NCBI GenBank assembly: GCA_030390025.1 | Contig: CM059433.1 | Location: 9,674,001-9,738,000, forward strand | DNA length: 64,000 bases | Reading direction: 5' to 3' | Origin: Squalus acanthias | Lineage: Eukaryota | Made by a program: the position numbers and the translations under genes | Part shown: piece by piece, positions 46,702-59,420 of the stretch | Numbering within the stretch: the first letter of the stretch is position 1 | Layout of the letters: every line of letters begins with the position of its first letter | The notes under the pieces: model-generated | Databases searched by the model: none | Seen by the model: the letters and a program-made list of their open reading frames with translations, nothing else | What the model was told of the DNA's origin: nothing

Positions 46702-48710
46702 AGTCCATCTATTGCACTACCTTCATCAACGCTCTCTGTTACTTCATCAAAGAAGTCATTCAGGTTAGTCAGACGTGATTTGCCTTTATAAATCCATGCT
46801 GGCTGTCCCTTATTAACCCATGCTTCTGCAAGTGAGAATTGACTTTGTTCTTGCCAATGGTCTCTAGTAGTTTTCCCATCACTGATGTTAGACTGACTGG
46901 TCCGTAGTTACTAGGTTTAACCCTCTCCCCTTTTTTGAACAGGGTTGTAATATTTACAACCATTCAGTCCTGTGGCACCATTCCCATATCCAAGGAGGAT
47001 TGAAAGATTGTAGTCAGAGCTTCTGCCATCTCCACCCTAGCTTCTCTCAGCAACCTAGGGTGCATCCCATTGAAAGACTTGTTAACTTTGAGTGATGCCA
47101 ACCTATTTAGCACCTCCTTTCTATCTATTTTTATCCGATCCAATACCTCTACTGTGACATTAACTTCATCCTTTGCTTTTGTGAAGACAGATGCATTCGT
47201 ACTCATTCAGTACCTCGGTCATGCCCTCTGCCTTCACAAGAGGATTCCGTCCTTCGTCCCTAATCGGCTCCACCATTCCGTTAACTACCCTCTTACCTTT
47301 TACATGTTTATAAAAGATTTTTGGGTTCTCTTTTATGTTACCCGCTAATCTTTTCTCGTACTCTCTCTTTGTCCTTCTTGTATCCTTTTTCAGTTTCCCC
47401 CCCCTGCACTCTCTGCATTCTGCCTGTTTTCTGTACCTTTGTCATAAACCTCCTTTTTTTTTTGTTTTATTTTAAACTCTATTTCCTTTGTCATCCAGGG
47501 AGTTCTAGCTTTGGATCCCCTGGGCTGAATTTTTACCTTGCCGCCGGGGATGGGAGCGGGGTGACCGCGGATCACGTCGGGAACCTGGACGTCGAAGCGA
47601 CGCATCTTGCAGCGGCCCTTTTAATGAAGCCACTGCTATTGAATCAGACTTCCGGGTTTCCCGACCCATTCACTGGAGCGGGTCCGATGACGTCTCGGAT
47701 GACTTGACTTCGGCTGAGATATTTGAAGGAGCAATGCACAGACGGCAGTTGAAGGTTGGTGGAGGTGCCGCTTTGCTCTCGCCTTGCTTTCACAGGCGAG
47801 GTTCAGCAAGCCCGTGAATCGCGTGGACAGCCAGTAGAAGCAGCAACAACCGGTTAAAAAGGCTGTTAATAGCCTCTTAACGAGCTCTCAACTACTTTAA
47901 TTAGCTCACCCGCCTTCTCTGGCTAACGCGCCGGATTTAAAGGCGGAAGCGGACGGGTTGAAGCTGGCTTCCTGCCTCGCTGTCGAATGCGACGCTTTTA
48001 ACGGGCCCGCCCACTCGCAAACCCGCACACTCTTCAAAGTAAAACTTCAGTCCCCTATCCTTAGGAGAATATGCCCAAACTATCTCCGCCTTCAAGGCCT
48101 GCATTGCTCATTTACTGTTTTTTTTGGCCAATCTTTGTTTCCAGTCCACCTGTGCCACTGAAATTGGGTCTCTTCCAGTTGGGTATTTTCACCGTTGATT
48201 TTTCTTTGTCCCTTTCCGCAGTTACTTTAAACCTAATTATATTGTGCTCACTATTACGCAGATGTTCTCTAACTGAAACACACTCCATTTGCCCTACTTC
48301 ATTCCCCAGAACTAGATCCAGCCTCGTTGGGCTGGAAACATACTGATTAAGAAAGTTGTCCTGTACCCATTTTAGGAATTTTTCACCCTCCTTGCCCTTT
48401 ACATTGTTTTTTTTCCCAGTCTGTGTTCGGGTAGTTGAAGTCCCCTACTATTACTGCTCCATTATGTTTACATTTCTCTGAAATTTGCCCACATATATGC
48501 TCCTCTATCTCCTTCTCACTATTTGGTGGTCTATAGTAAACACTCAGAAATGTAATAGCTCCTTTTCTTTCCTTAACTTTAATCAAATCGATTCAGTCCT
48601 TGAACCCTCTCGTATATCGTCCCTCTGTAGCACTGCAATATTATCCTTGATCATTACTGCCACCCCCCACACTCCTCCTTCCTTTTTACCTTCCCTATAT
48701 CTCCTGAATA
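46702..48710 (-). mobile_element. Older CR1 fragment (EN, linker and RT N-terminus)
   Basis: VYYRPPNS..IVGDFNYP; NYGPVSLTSV..SQHGF. Confidence 0.9.
47522..48053. mobile_element. PIF/Harbinger-type MITE in CR1
   Basis: TIR GGGCTGAATTTTAC/GTAAAACTTCAGTCC, 3-bp TSD CCT. Confidence 0.82.
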
Positions 48711-49480
48711 CATTGCATTATTATTTTGCCTGCCTCCTATTTTGGTATTGTCTGCAAACTTGTGTGTTTCCTGCATGTTTATAAGTCAAAGTGTCCATCA
48801 ACAATAGGAATGTCCTTAAGGCATGGGAAGTGTTGCAAAGCATGCTGATTGGCTTAAGTATCTAATTTAATTAAAAATAAATTAAATACAGCTATCTAGT
48901 AAGTCTCTTTTATAAAAATTATTTTACTAAAAAGCAACCATTGGGCAACCAGAAACCGCCACAAGACCATCTCTGCAACAACTTACACTGACAGAGTCCT
49001 CACCTCACACAGAGGCCTTGGGCTTGCTCCTTGCTTCATTGGTGGTTAACAGCTTTCACCTGGACCTTATGATTTGTTTGCCTTCCACTCGCGTATGTAA
49101 TATCAGTGCTGGGTGTTCTACGCCGGACACATACGACCTCAATGCCAGTGAGTGTTGGTCATGTATGCATGCAGGGTAGAATCCTCTCATTCTCACTGAT
49201 GTTCCCTCCCAACCACCCCTAACTTTCTGTGGGCCATTTTCATGCCAGAGACTTTCTCTCTTCCTCTCTCCCTCTCTCTCTCTCTACTCTCTCTCATTCT
49301 CCCTCTCCTGAGTCTGGCCTTTCCTGCTCAGTCCTGGGCCTGGACTTTGATCTCCGAGGCCCCAACTTTCCTTCTGCCTAATGGTGCCAGACTTCGAGTT
49401 CCTCTCGAGTGCTGCCAGGCCTAAGCAGTCCCCAGTGCTGATAGAACCAGCTCTCCTCTCCTCCTCCTCCTCCTCCTCCC

Positions 49481-49734
49481 GCCCCCTCACCCCCCAGCCC
49501 CAGCCCCTCCCAAGCCCTAGCTCCAGGGTCTCTAGACTTTCTCCCACCCCCTACTATCACTGCTAACTCCATCCAATGTGCTGATGATTTCCTTTGAGCA
49601 GACCTGATAAATGGATATGTCAGTCGGAAAAATTGTGGTCCAATGGGTAGTGCCTTAGCCTGCTTCAATACATCATTGTTTAGTTATGATGAGAAGATAT
49701 TACTCGGCAGTACTTGAGAGCGTTAATTATGCAA
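49481..49734 (+). repeat. ~250-bp direct repeat, copy 1
   Basis: Nearly identical to 51754-52006. Confidence 0.95.
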
Positions 49735-50097
49735 ATCCCTGTTGACTTCTTACAAACTGAGAAGTGCCAATACCCTGTATTTAATCTGAATTCTCAAAGA
49801 TCAAATTTCATCCTATTGTTTCCACTCAGCCACTTGTGACCTGAAGCTGTTTAGTGCCAGTGACCTCTTCATTTACTCAAATATGTGAGGCTGATTAAGT
49901 GAAAGCCCAACAAGCATTTGGCAACTACACACATCTTTGCATGTCCCGTCATTTATCATTATAAACCAGAGAGGCTCTATAAAATATCAAGCAAGACTGA
50001 CTCAAAGTGAACCATCTGTCCAGGTGTGTAATAGAAAGTGGTAATAGTGGTTAAATACAATTTAATGATAGGAGAAATTATAATCTGTGGCATTATA

Positions 50098-51722
50098 TCA
50101 TCCCGGCAGACTGGAAAACTGCTAATGTAACACCCTTATTTAAAAAGGGCAGTAGACAGAAGGCTGGTAACTATAGACCGGTTAGCCTAACATCTGTGGT
50201 AGGTAAAATTTTGGAGTCCATTATTAAGGAAACAGTAACAGGACATTTGGATAATCATAATTTAATAGGACAAAGTCAGCATGGTTTTACGAAGGGGAAG
50301 TCATGTTTGACAAATTTGCTGGAGTTCTTTGAGGAAGTAACATATAGAGTGGATAAAGGGGAACCAGTGGACGTAGTGTATTTAGACTTCCAAAAGGCAT
50401 TTGACAAGGTGCCACACAAAAGATTATTGCTTAAGGTAAAAAATCACGGAATTGGGGGTAATATTCTGGCATGGATAGAGGATTGGCTATCTAACAGAAA
50501 GCAAAGAGTTGGGATAAATGGTTCATTCTCAGACTGGCAATCAGTAACTAGTGGTGTTCCACAGGGGTCAGTGCTGGGTCCCCAACTCTTCACAATCTAT
50601 ATTAACGATTTGGAGGAAGGGACCAAGTGTAACATATCAAAATTTGCAGATGATACAAAGATGGGAGGGAAAGTAGTGAATGAGGAGGACATAAAAAACC
50701 TGCAAGGGGACATAGACAGGCTAAGTAAGTGGGCAGAGATTTGGCAGATGGAATACAACACTGGAAAGTGTGAGGTGATGCACTTTGGCAGGAAAAATCC
50801 TAGAGCAATTTATTATCTTAATGGCAAGAAACTGGAGAGTACTGAAGTGCAAAGGGATCTGGGGGTCCTGGTGCACGAAACTCAAAAGGTTAGTATGCAG
50901 GTGCAGCAAGTGATTAAGAAGGCAAATGGAATGTTGGCTTTCATTGCTAGGGGGATAGAATATAAAAATAGGGAGGTATTGCTTCAGTTGTACAAGGTAT
51001 TGGTGAGACCGCACCTGGAATACTGCATACAGTTTTGGTGTCCTTACTTAAGGAAAGACATCCTTGCTCTCGAGGCAGTGCAAAAAAGGTTCATTCGGTT
51101 AATCCCGGGGATGAGGGGGTGGTCATATGAGGAGAGGTTGGGTAGATTGGGACTCTACTCATTGGAGTTCAGAAGAATGAGAGGCGATCTTATTGAAACA
51201 TATAAGATTGTGAAGGGGTTGGATCGGGTGGATGCGGGGAGGATGTTCCCGATGACGGGTGAGACGAGAACTAGGGGACATAGTCTTAGAATAAGGGGCT
51301 GCTCTTTCAAAACTGAGATGAGGAGGAACTACTTCACTCAGAGGGTGGTAGGTCCATGGAATATGCTGCCACAAAAAGCTGTAGAAGCTACAACATTAAT
51401 TAAATTTAAAACAGAAATAGACAGTTTCCTAGAAGTAAAGGGCATTAAGGGTTACGGGGAGCGGGCAGGAATTTGGACATGAGTCTAGGTTCGGATCGGT
51501 CATGGCCCTGTGGGTAGTGGAGCGGGCCCAGGGACTGTGTAGCCTGATTCTGCTCCTATTTCGTGTGTGCAATTCAGTTAGATGCAGGAGATGGTTCTGT
51601 GATAGATAGTAGATTGGCGGTTAGGATCAGATCAGCCATGATCTTATTGAATGGCGGAGCAGGCTCGAGGGGCCGATTGGCCTACTCCTGCTCCTATTTC
51701 TTATGTTCTTATGTTCTTATGT
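50098..51722 (+). mobile_element. CR1 LINE, 5'-truncated, with intact RT-to-C-terminus frame and extended 3'UTR
   Basis: Uninterrupted ORF to 51482 with all RT motifs; tail (TTCTTATG)3. Confidence 0.96.
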
Positions 51723-51753
51723 AAGAACCTAAACAAATTCTAGTTTTGACCCT

Positions 51754-52006
51754 GCCCCCTTACCCCCAGCCCCAGCCCCTCCCAAGCCCTAGCTCCAGGG
51801 TCTCTAGACTTTCTCCCACCCCCTACTATCACTGCTAACTCCATCCAATGTGCTGATGATTTCCTTTGAGCAGACCTGATAAATGGATATGTCAGTCGGA
51901 GAAATTGTGGTCCAATGGGTAGTGCCTTAGCCTGCTTCAATACATCATTATTTAGTTATGATGAGAAGATATTACTCGGCAGTACTTGAAAGCCTTAATT
52001 ATGCAA
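51754..52006 (+). repeat. ~250-bp direct repeat, copy 2
   Basis: Nearly identical to 49481-49734. Confidence 0.95.
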
Positions 52007-52189
52007 CTTAGTAAGAGTGAAATCATCTACTGCTTAACTCTTCAACATGCATTACTTCGGACTAACACTACATCAAATTGTTAAATATAAGCAGCTGAGT
52101 AATTTAATCCCTAACCTTTTGGATATTACATTCTATAAGGTATGATTCAGCAGAAAGAAAGAAAGAGGTAGTTAACAGGCAGAAAAAAG

Positions 52190-52777
52190 GATTAGTCCCA
52201 TTTTACCTTTTCAAGTGCAGGCTTCCCGACCTCGGAGAACCCTGCTGGGGTGTAGGAGACGTGGAGGAGGTCTGCGGGGGTTGGAGGGGTCTGAAAGTGA
52301 GATGTAGAGGTGAGTGATGGGTGCAAGTGTGGAGTGGTAAGTATGTAAGGTGAGTGTTAAGTATTATAAAATGTTCACTTAACTTTGTTTCTGCCTACAG
52401 CCTTCAGCCGCTGTGGATCCAGAGTCTCGACATCTTCATTGTAGATTTCACAGACTGGCTGTTGGATCCTCCGAACCAACAGCCAGGTGATTTCTGCAAA
52501 GTTGAAAGGTTTGATGAGTCCTGAACACAAGCATCACAGAGCTGTCAAACGCTGACATTTCTTCTTTCAAGAAATCTTCCGACAGATGGCACGTCAGACG
52601 TGGACGTGCTCTGTCAGTGACTTCCCTCTAATTGGCCTGCTGAGCCCGCTGGGCAGGCTTAACAAGTTCAATCAGGGGAAAATCCTGCTGGTTGGCCAGA
52701 GGCTGATGGAGGTGGGACTGAGACCCGGCAAGCAGCAGTCCCGCCTCCAACATATCTCCATTGAGAAAATCCAGCCC
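52190..52777. mobile_element. Harbinger-type element fragment (right TIR GAAAATCCAGCCC)
   Basis: End motif and GGCTTAACAAG subterminal block shared with 555-640 and 32460-32591; left boundary uncertain. Confidence 0.6.
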
Positions 52778-52778
52778 T

Positions 52779-52882
52779 CAAATAAAAACAGACAATGCCG
52801 GAAACACTCAGCCGGTCGGGCAGCATCTGTGGAGAGAGAAACAGAGTTAACGTTTCAGGTCGATGACCCTTTGCCAGAACTT
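52779..52882 (-). mobile_element. Penelope-like family B pLTR fragment with a mutated hammerhead core
   Basis: Matches 57692-57793. Confidence 0.8.
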
Positions 52883-52884
52883 CA

Positions 52885-54597
52885 GGGGGGAAAAAGGATC
52901 GTAGACAACTGTGGAAGTAATGGGAAAAGCTATTTCAGTTATGTGAAGAGCAAGAGAACTGTCAATGACTGTACGGGGCCATTGAAGGATGTTCAAGGAC
53001 AGGTGATAAAGGACTCACTGGGTATGGCGGAAATATTAAATGAGTACTTTGCATTGGTCTTCACCCTTGAAGATGATGCTCAACTAATAACGTTACCGAC
53101 AAAAGTAATAATAACATAGATGAACATATTGTTGTTTTAGAAAGAATTATGAACTTGAAAATAGGTAGCTCCCTGCCAGCGGCAAGCTGCAGTGTGAGGG
53201 GGGCTAAACAGATAAGGGGGAACCAGTGGATGTGGTGTGTTTGGATTTTCAGAAGGCATTCGATAAGGTGCCACACAAGAGGTCATTAAACAAAATTAGA
53301 GCTCATGAGATTGGGGGTAATATACGAGCATGGATTGAGGATTGGTTAATGGACAGAAAACAGAGAGTAGGAATAAACGGGTAATTTTCGGGTTGGCAGG
53401 CTGTAACTAGTGGGGTGCCGCAAGGATCAGTGCTTGGGCCTCAGCTATTCACAATCTACATCAATGATTTGGATGAGGGGACCAAATGTAATATATCCAA
53501 GTTTGCTGATGAATACAAAGCTGGGTGGGAATGTAAGTTGTGAGGAGGATGCAAGGAGGCTTCAAGGGGATATAGACCGGCTAAGTGAGTGAGCAAGAAC
53601 ATGGCAAATGGAATATAATGTGGAGAAATGTGAAGTTATCCACTTTGGTAGGAAAAATAGAAAAGCAGAGTATTTTTTAAATGGTGAGAGATTGGGAAAT
53701 GTTGGTGTTCAGAGGGACCTGGGTGTCCTTGTACACGAATCACTGAAAGTTAACATGCAGGTACAGCAAGCAATTAGGAAAGCAAATGGTATGTTGGCCT
53801 TTATTACAAGAGGAATTGAATATAAGAGTAAAGATGTCTTACTGCAATTATATAGGGCCCTGGTGAGACCACACCTGGAGTATTGTGTACAGTTTTGGTC
53901 TCCTTACCAAAGGAAGGATATACTTGCCATAGAGGGAGTGCAACAAAGGTTCACCAGACTGGTTCCTGGGATGGGGGGATTGTCCTATGAGGACAGATTG
54001 AGTAGACTAGGCCTATATTCTCTAGAGTTTAGAAGAATGAGAGGTGATCTCATTGAAACATACAAAATTCTTACAGGGCTTGACAGGATAGATGCAGGGA
54101 GGATGTTTCCCCTGGCTGGGGAGTCTAGAACCAGGGGTCACAGTCTCAGAATAAGGGGTCGGCCATTTAGGACTGGAATGAGGAGAAATTTCTTCACTCA
54201 GAGGGTGGTGAATCTTTGGAATTCTCTACCCCAGAGGGCTGTGGAGGCTCAGTCGTTGAGTATATTCAAGACAGAGATCGGTAGATTTTTGAATATTAAG
54301 GGAATTAAGGGATAGAGGGATAGGGCAGGAAAGTGGAGATGAGTTAAAAGATCAGCCATGATCTTCCTGAATGGCGGAGCAGGCTCGAAGGGCCAAATGG
54401 CCTACTCCTGCTCCTATTTCTTATGTTCTTATGTTGATAGATTTTTGGGCACTAAGTGAATCAAGGGATATGGGTATAGGGCGGGAAAGTGGAGTTGATG
54501 TAGAAGTTTAGCCATGATCTTAATGAATGGCGGAGCAGGCTTGAAGGTCGGTATGGGCTACTCCTGCTCCTATTGCTTATATTCTTGTGTTCTTGTG
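52885..54597 (+). mobile_element. CR1 LINE fragments with a second tandem 3' end at 54436-54597
   Basis: MAEILNEYFALVFT; ORF 53608-54315; two successive 3'UTR tails. Confidence 0.93.
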
Positions 54598-54648
54598 TAT
54601 CATCGCAAGCAGTGCATTTACCCATTAGGCATTTGGAGGAAACTCTTC

Positions 54649-55100
54649 AGGGGAAATTTTAACTCCCGGACAGGAAGTCGGCGGGACGCTTGGGCCTGCC
54701 CTCCTAGGAGTCTCTTGTGGGAGGCCGGGTCGATATTTACTGCTGGGCCTTACTTGCATCCCGTAGGGTACCTGCCCGCCCGAAACGGACGTAGAAGAAG
54801 CAGCCTGTCGACTGCCCGTAGATGAAAACCGGGCCGCCTGTTGGCACTCGGAAGTCGCTGGGGAACTGTCCGGCAGGGTCTCGGGGTGTGAATAGAGGTG
54901 GTGGGGGGAGCGGGGCCCCGCTCAGTACGCATGTTAAAATGCCATCATATGACCTCGAATAGAATATATTAAAGTCGAGCAGCTGTATTTGCCGCTCCAT
55001 GTCCGGCCCGCAGCAGGTTTAACCGTGCTATTTTTGCCGATGCCTCTGACATTACCTTATTTTCCTGCACTGCACCCAGGTCCTGGGGTCAATGCCGGTG
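54649..55100. mobile_element. GC-rich MITE-like fragment
   Basis: Starts GGGGAAATTTTAAC and is CpG rich; right end unclear. Confidence 0.45.
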
Positions 55101-55150
55101 GCATTTACATTCTTTGCCACCTGTTACCATGCCGACTGACTAATTTGTCT

Positions 55151-55697
55151 CGGTCGCCTTATCTGAGGAAGGATGTTCTTGCCATGGAAGGAGTTCAGCG
55201 AAGATTCACAAGGCTGATACCTGGGATGGCAGGAATGACATATGAGGAGAGATTGGGTCGATTGGGCTTATACTCGCTGGGGTTTAGAAGAATGATTGGG
55301 GATCTCATCGAAACATATAGAATTCTGACAGGTCTGCACAAACTAGATGCAGGAAGAATGTTCCCAATGGTCGGAGAGTCCAGAACCAGGGGTCATAATC
55401 TAAGGATAAGGGGTAAGCCATTTAGGACAGAAATGAGGAAGAATTTCTTCACCCAGAGAGTGGTGAACCTGTGGAATTCTCTACCACAGAAGGTAGTTGA
55501 GGCCAAGTCATTAAATATATCCAAGAATGAGTTAGATATATTTCTTAAAGCTAAAGGGATCAAGGGATATGGGGAGAAGGCAGGTACAGGGTACTGAGTT
55601 TGGATGATCAGCCATGATCTCATCGAATGGCGGAGCAGGCTCGAGGGGCCGAATGGCCTACTCCTGCTCCTATCTTCTATGTTTCTATGTTTCTATG
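55151..55697 (+). mobile_element. CR1 LINE 3' fragment
   Basis: SPYLRKDVLAMEGVQRRF...; tail (TTTCTATG)n. Confidence 0.95.
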
Positions 55698-55819
55698 GTA
55701 CCCATTGCCCATCGGAGGGGAGGAAGACCTCCTTCCTGCTGCTCACTTGATCAGTGAACACCTCTACCGCTACATCAGTGAATATGGGGAATCTGGTCGA
55801 AGTCATCCTTCCATGCTGC

Positions 55820-57600
55820 TACACAATTTTGTTGTCTTTGTTACCTCTAGACTCGACTATTCCAACACACTCCTGGCTGTTCTCCCATCTTCCACCCTCC
55901 ATAAACTTAAGCTCATCCAAAACTCTGCTGCCTATATCCTAACTCGCACCAAGTCCCGTTTACCCGTCACCCCTGTGCTTGCTACAGTGGCTCCCGGTTA
56001 AGCAACACCTCATAGAAACATAGAAACATAGAAGATAGGAGCAGGAGTAGGCCATTCGGCCCCTCGAGCCTGCTCTGCCATTCGATGAGATCATGGCTGA
56101 TCATCCAAACTCAGTACCCTGTACCTGCCTTCTCCCCATATCCCTTGATACCTTTAGCTTTAAGAAATATATCTAACTCATTCTTGAATATATTTAATGA
56201 ATTGGCCTCAACTACCTTCTGTGGTAGAGAATTCCACAGGTTCACCACTCTCTGGGTGAAGAAATTCTTCCTCATTTCTGTCCTAAATGGCTTACCCGTT
56301 ATCCTTAGATTATGACCCCTGGTTCTGGACTCTCCGACCATCAGGAACATTCTTCCTGCATCTAGTTTGTCCAGACCTGTCAAAATTTTATATGTTTCGA
56401 TGAGATCCCCTCTCATTCTTCTATAGTCCAGCGAGTATAAGCCCAATCGACCCAATCTCTCCTCATATGTCATTCCTGCCATCCCAGGTATCATCCTTGT
56501 GAATCTTCGCTGAACTCCTTCCATGGCAAGAACATCCTTCCTCAGATAAGGCGACCAAAACTGCACACAGTACTCAAGGTGTGGTCTCACCAAGGCCCTG
56601 TACAACTGCAGCAGGACATCCCTGTTCCTATACTCAAACCCTTTCGCTATGAAGGCCAACATACCATTTGCCTTCTTCACCGCCTGCTGCACCTGCATGC
56701 TTACTTTCAGCGACTGGTGCACAAGGACACCTAGGTCTCGTTGCACTTCCCCTTCTCCCAATCTATTGCCATTCAGATAATAGTCTGCCTTTCTGTTTTT
56801 GACACCAAAGTGGATAACCTCGCACTTATCCACGTTATATTGCATCTGCCACGCTTCTGCCCACTCACCCAACCTGTCCAAATCATCCTGGAGTTTCTCG
56901 GTATCCTCCTCGCAGCACACACTCCCACCCAGCTTTGTGTCATCTGCAAATTTGGAGATATTACATTTAGTTCCCTTATCTAGATCATTAATGTATATTG
57001 TGAATAGCTGGGGTCCAAGGACCGATCCCTGCGGTACCCCACTAGTCACTGCTTGCCACTCGGAAAAAGACCCATTAATTCCTACTCTCTGCTTTCTGTC
57101 TGCCAACCAGTTCTCTATCCAAGTCAATACCTTGCCCCCAATCCCATGTGCCTTAACTTTACACGCTAATCTCTTATGCGGGACCTTATCGAAAGCCTTT
57201 TGAAAGTCCAAATACACCACATCTACTGGTTCTCCCTTATCTATTTTCCCAGTTACATCCTCAAAAACTTCCAGTAGATTAGTCAAGCACGATTTACCTT
57301 TTGTAAATCCATGTTGACTTTGTCCGATCCTGTCACTGTTTTTCAAGTGCTCAGCTATTACATCCTTTATAATGGACTCTAGCATTTTCCCCAATACCGA
57401 TGTCAGGCTTACCGGTCTGTAATTCCCCGCTTTCTCTCTACCACCCTTTTTGAATAGTGGGGTAACATTGGCTACCCTCCAATCCATGGGTACAGTTCCA
57501 GATTCCCTCGATTTTGAAATTTTCACCCTGGTTTTCAAATCCCTCCATGGTCTCGCCCCCCCCCCCGCCCCCCCTATCTCTGGAACCTCCTCCAGCTCCA
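55820..57600 (+). mobile_element. L2 fragment split by a CR1 (pieces 55820-56011 and 57506-57600)
   Basis: VTSRLDYSNTLLAVLP..KLIQNSAA; resumes as FEIFTLVFKSLHGLAP. Confidence 0.8.
56012..57505 (-). mobile_element. CR1 LINE, 5'-truncated, with intact RT frame
   Basis: Open frame from VPMDWRVANVTPLFKKG to the ORF2 stop at 56111. Confidence 0.96.
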
Positions 57601-57655
57601 CAACCCATCAAAATCATCTCACCCCACACCACTCCACACCCAATAAATTTGATAA

Positions 57656-58245
57656 ATACAAAAGCAAAATACTGCGGATGCTGGGAATCTGAAATAAAAA
57701 TAGAAAATGCTGGAAACACTCAGCAGGTCAGGCAGCATCCGTGGAGAGAGAAACAGAGTTAACGTTTCAGGTCGATGACCCTTCGTCAGAACTGGAAAAA
57801 ACTGGAGATGGAACAGGTTTTTAAGCAAGTGCAGGGGCTGGGAAAGGGGGAGGGGAGGAAAGAACAAAAGGGAAGTTCTGTGATAGGCTGGAAGGCAAGA
57901 GAGATCAAGAGACATTAAGAGAGATTAAGAGATGGTGCAAGGCAAAAGGAGATGGTAATGGGACAAGTTAAGAAACAAAAGATGGCTCTAGATGAAGTGT
58001 AAATGGCACTGGCAGAATGAAAGAAAGCTGCCATGTGGGAGAGCGAAAATAAATAAATAAATAAATAAAACAAATGGGAAAAAAAGGATTGGGGCAGAGG
58101 TTATGGTCTGAAATTGTTGAACTCTATGTTGAGTCCAGAAGGCTGTAAAGTGCCTAATCGAAAGATGAGGTGCTGTTCCTCGAGCTTACGTTGAGCTTCA
58201 TTGGAACAGTGTAAGAGGCCGAGGACGGTGAGGTCTGAGTGGAAT
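57656..58245 (-). mobile_element. Penelope-like family B 3' part (GIY-YIG end and pLTR)
   Basis: Reverse CSNEAQRKLEEQHLIFRLGTLQPSGLNIEFNNF, followed by the full pLTR. Confidence 0.92.
57757..57793 (-). ncRNA. Minimal hammerhead ribozyme (PLE family B)
   Basis: Reverse: AGTT-CTGACGA-A-GGGTC atc GACCT-GAAA-CGTT-AACT; stem I AGTT/AACT, palindrome ACGT. Confidence 0.8.
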
Positions 58246-59292
58246 TTGATAAATATGTGGGCTAGCAGCAAAGAAAAATGACCATGAAAGCTATTGCATT
58301 CTCATAAATATCTACCACCCCCACCCAATCTGTCCTATATGTGATTTTAATCCCACATGGAATGGTTGAATTTTAATGCCCCTTGATGTGACCTTGCCAG
58401 TGTCACACACATCCTGAGGGAAAAAAATAGATTTTTGTTAGATAAGGGTATCGAGGGACATGGAAGAAAAGTGTTCAAATAGAGTTGAGGGTTGTGTGTT
58501 GTGCATTGAGCTTAGCATGCTGGCTGTTTGTAGGAAATAACAAGGTGAGTGTTTATTTTTTCTTCTCCATGTTCTATTTTTCAAACTTTTGTGAATAGTT
58601 TATGTTTCTCTGGGGCAGAGCGGTTTGTTGAAGGTGAACTTGCGATCAAGTGGTGCAACTAATACCTTGAATGTAGTCCTGAAAAATGGTATGAAGCTGG
58701 TGCATGGCATAAATAGATTCCAAACGTGAACATAATACAGCGATCTGGTGGCATTATCTTTATTACCAAGGACAGGGAAAACGTATCAGTTTACTTTTAA
58801 AGTAATATCATAGAGAAGAACTCAAAGGTTACATAATTGATGCAAGTCTCAACGCTATTAGGTTTTGCATCAGTCATCGTTACCTTACACCTAACGAAAA
58901 GGAATTTTCAAGCACTGATATGATTTTAAAAATCAATACTGTATACGAGAGTAGACAAAATGCATTTATCTGTGGAACAATGTTATAAATTCTTGGGAGG
59001 TCTGATATGCTTTCCCTTCCTGTCTCAGCTGTGCTTCCTCGTGCTCCTTACTCGATGTTTACTGAGCAAACAATAATATGGTGATGCAAAATACCTTCAT
59101 GAGTGAATCTTCATAATGTTATTTCCATAAATGCCATCAGGATGAGGCTAATCCAATAGCGACTGTCTTCACAGCTTCTGCTGCTTGAATATAGGCAATT
59201 CAAGACTCAAGGTGCTGTTGGCTAAAGAAACAAATTCATCAGAGCATGTGCCCTCCTCAGTTTTTAAAATACAGAACTACAACTTTCCAATG

Positions 59293-59420
59293 ATACAAAA
59301 ACAAAATAGTGCGGATGCTGGAAATCTGAAATAAAAACAGAAAATGCTGGAAATGCTCAGCAGGTCAGGGAGCATCAGTGGAGAGAGAAACAGAGTCAAC
59401 TTTTCAGGTCGATGACCTTT
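59293..59420 (-). mobile_element. Penelope-like family B pLTR 3' end
   Basis: Matches 57656-57783. Confidence 0.85.

Noticed and set aside
49255..49520. Pyrimidine-rich low-complexity tract ORFs
   Set aside because: Simple (CT)n/(CCT)n sequence.
50196..57601. 428-aa and 496-aa RT ORFs as functional or domesticated genes
   Set aside because: 5'-truncated CR1 copies lacking endonuclease and ORF1; intact frames reflect young age.
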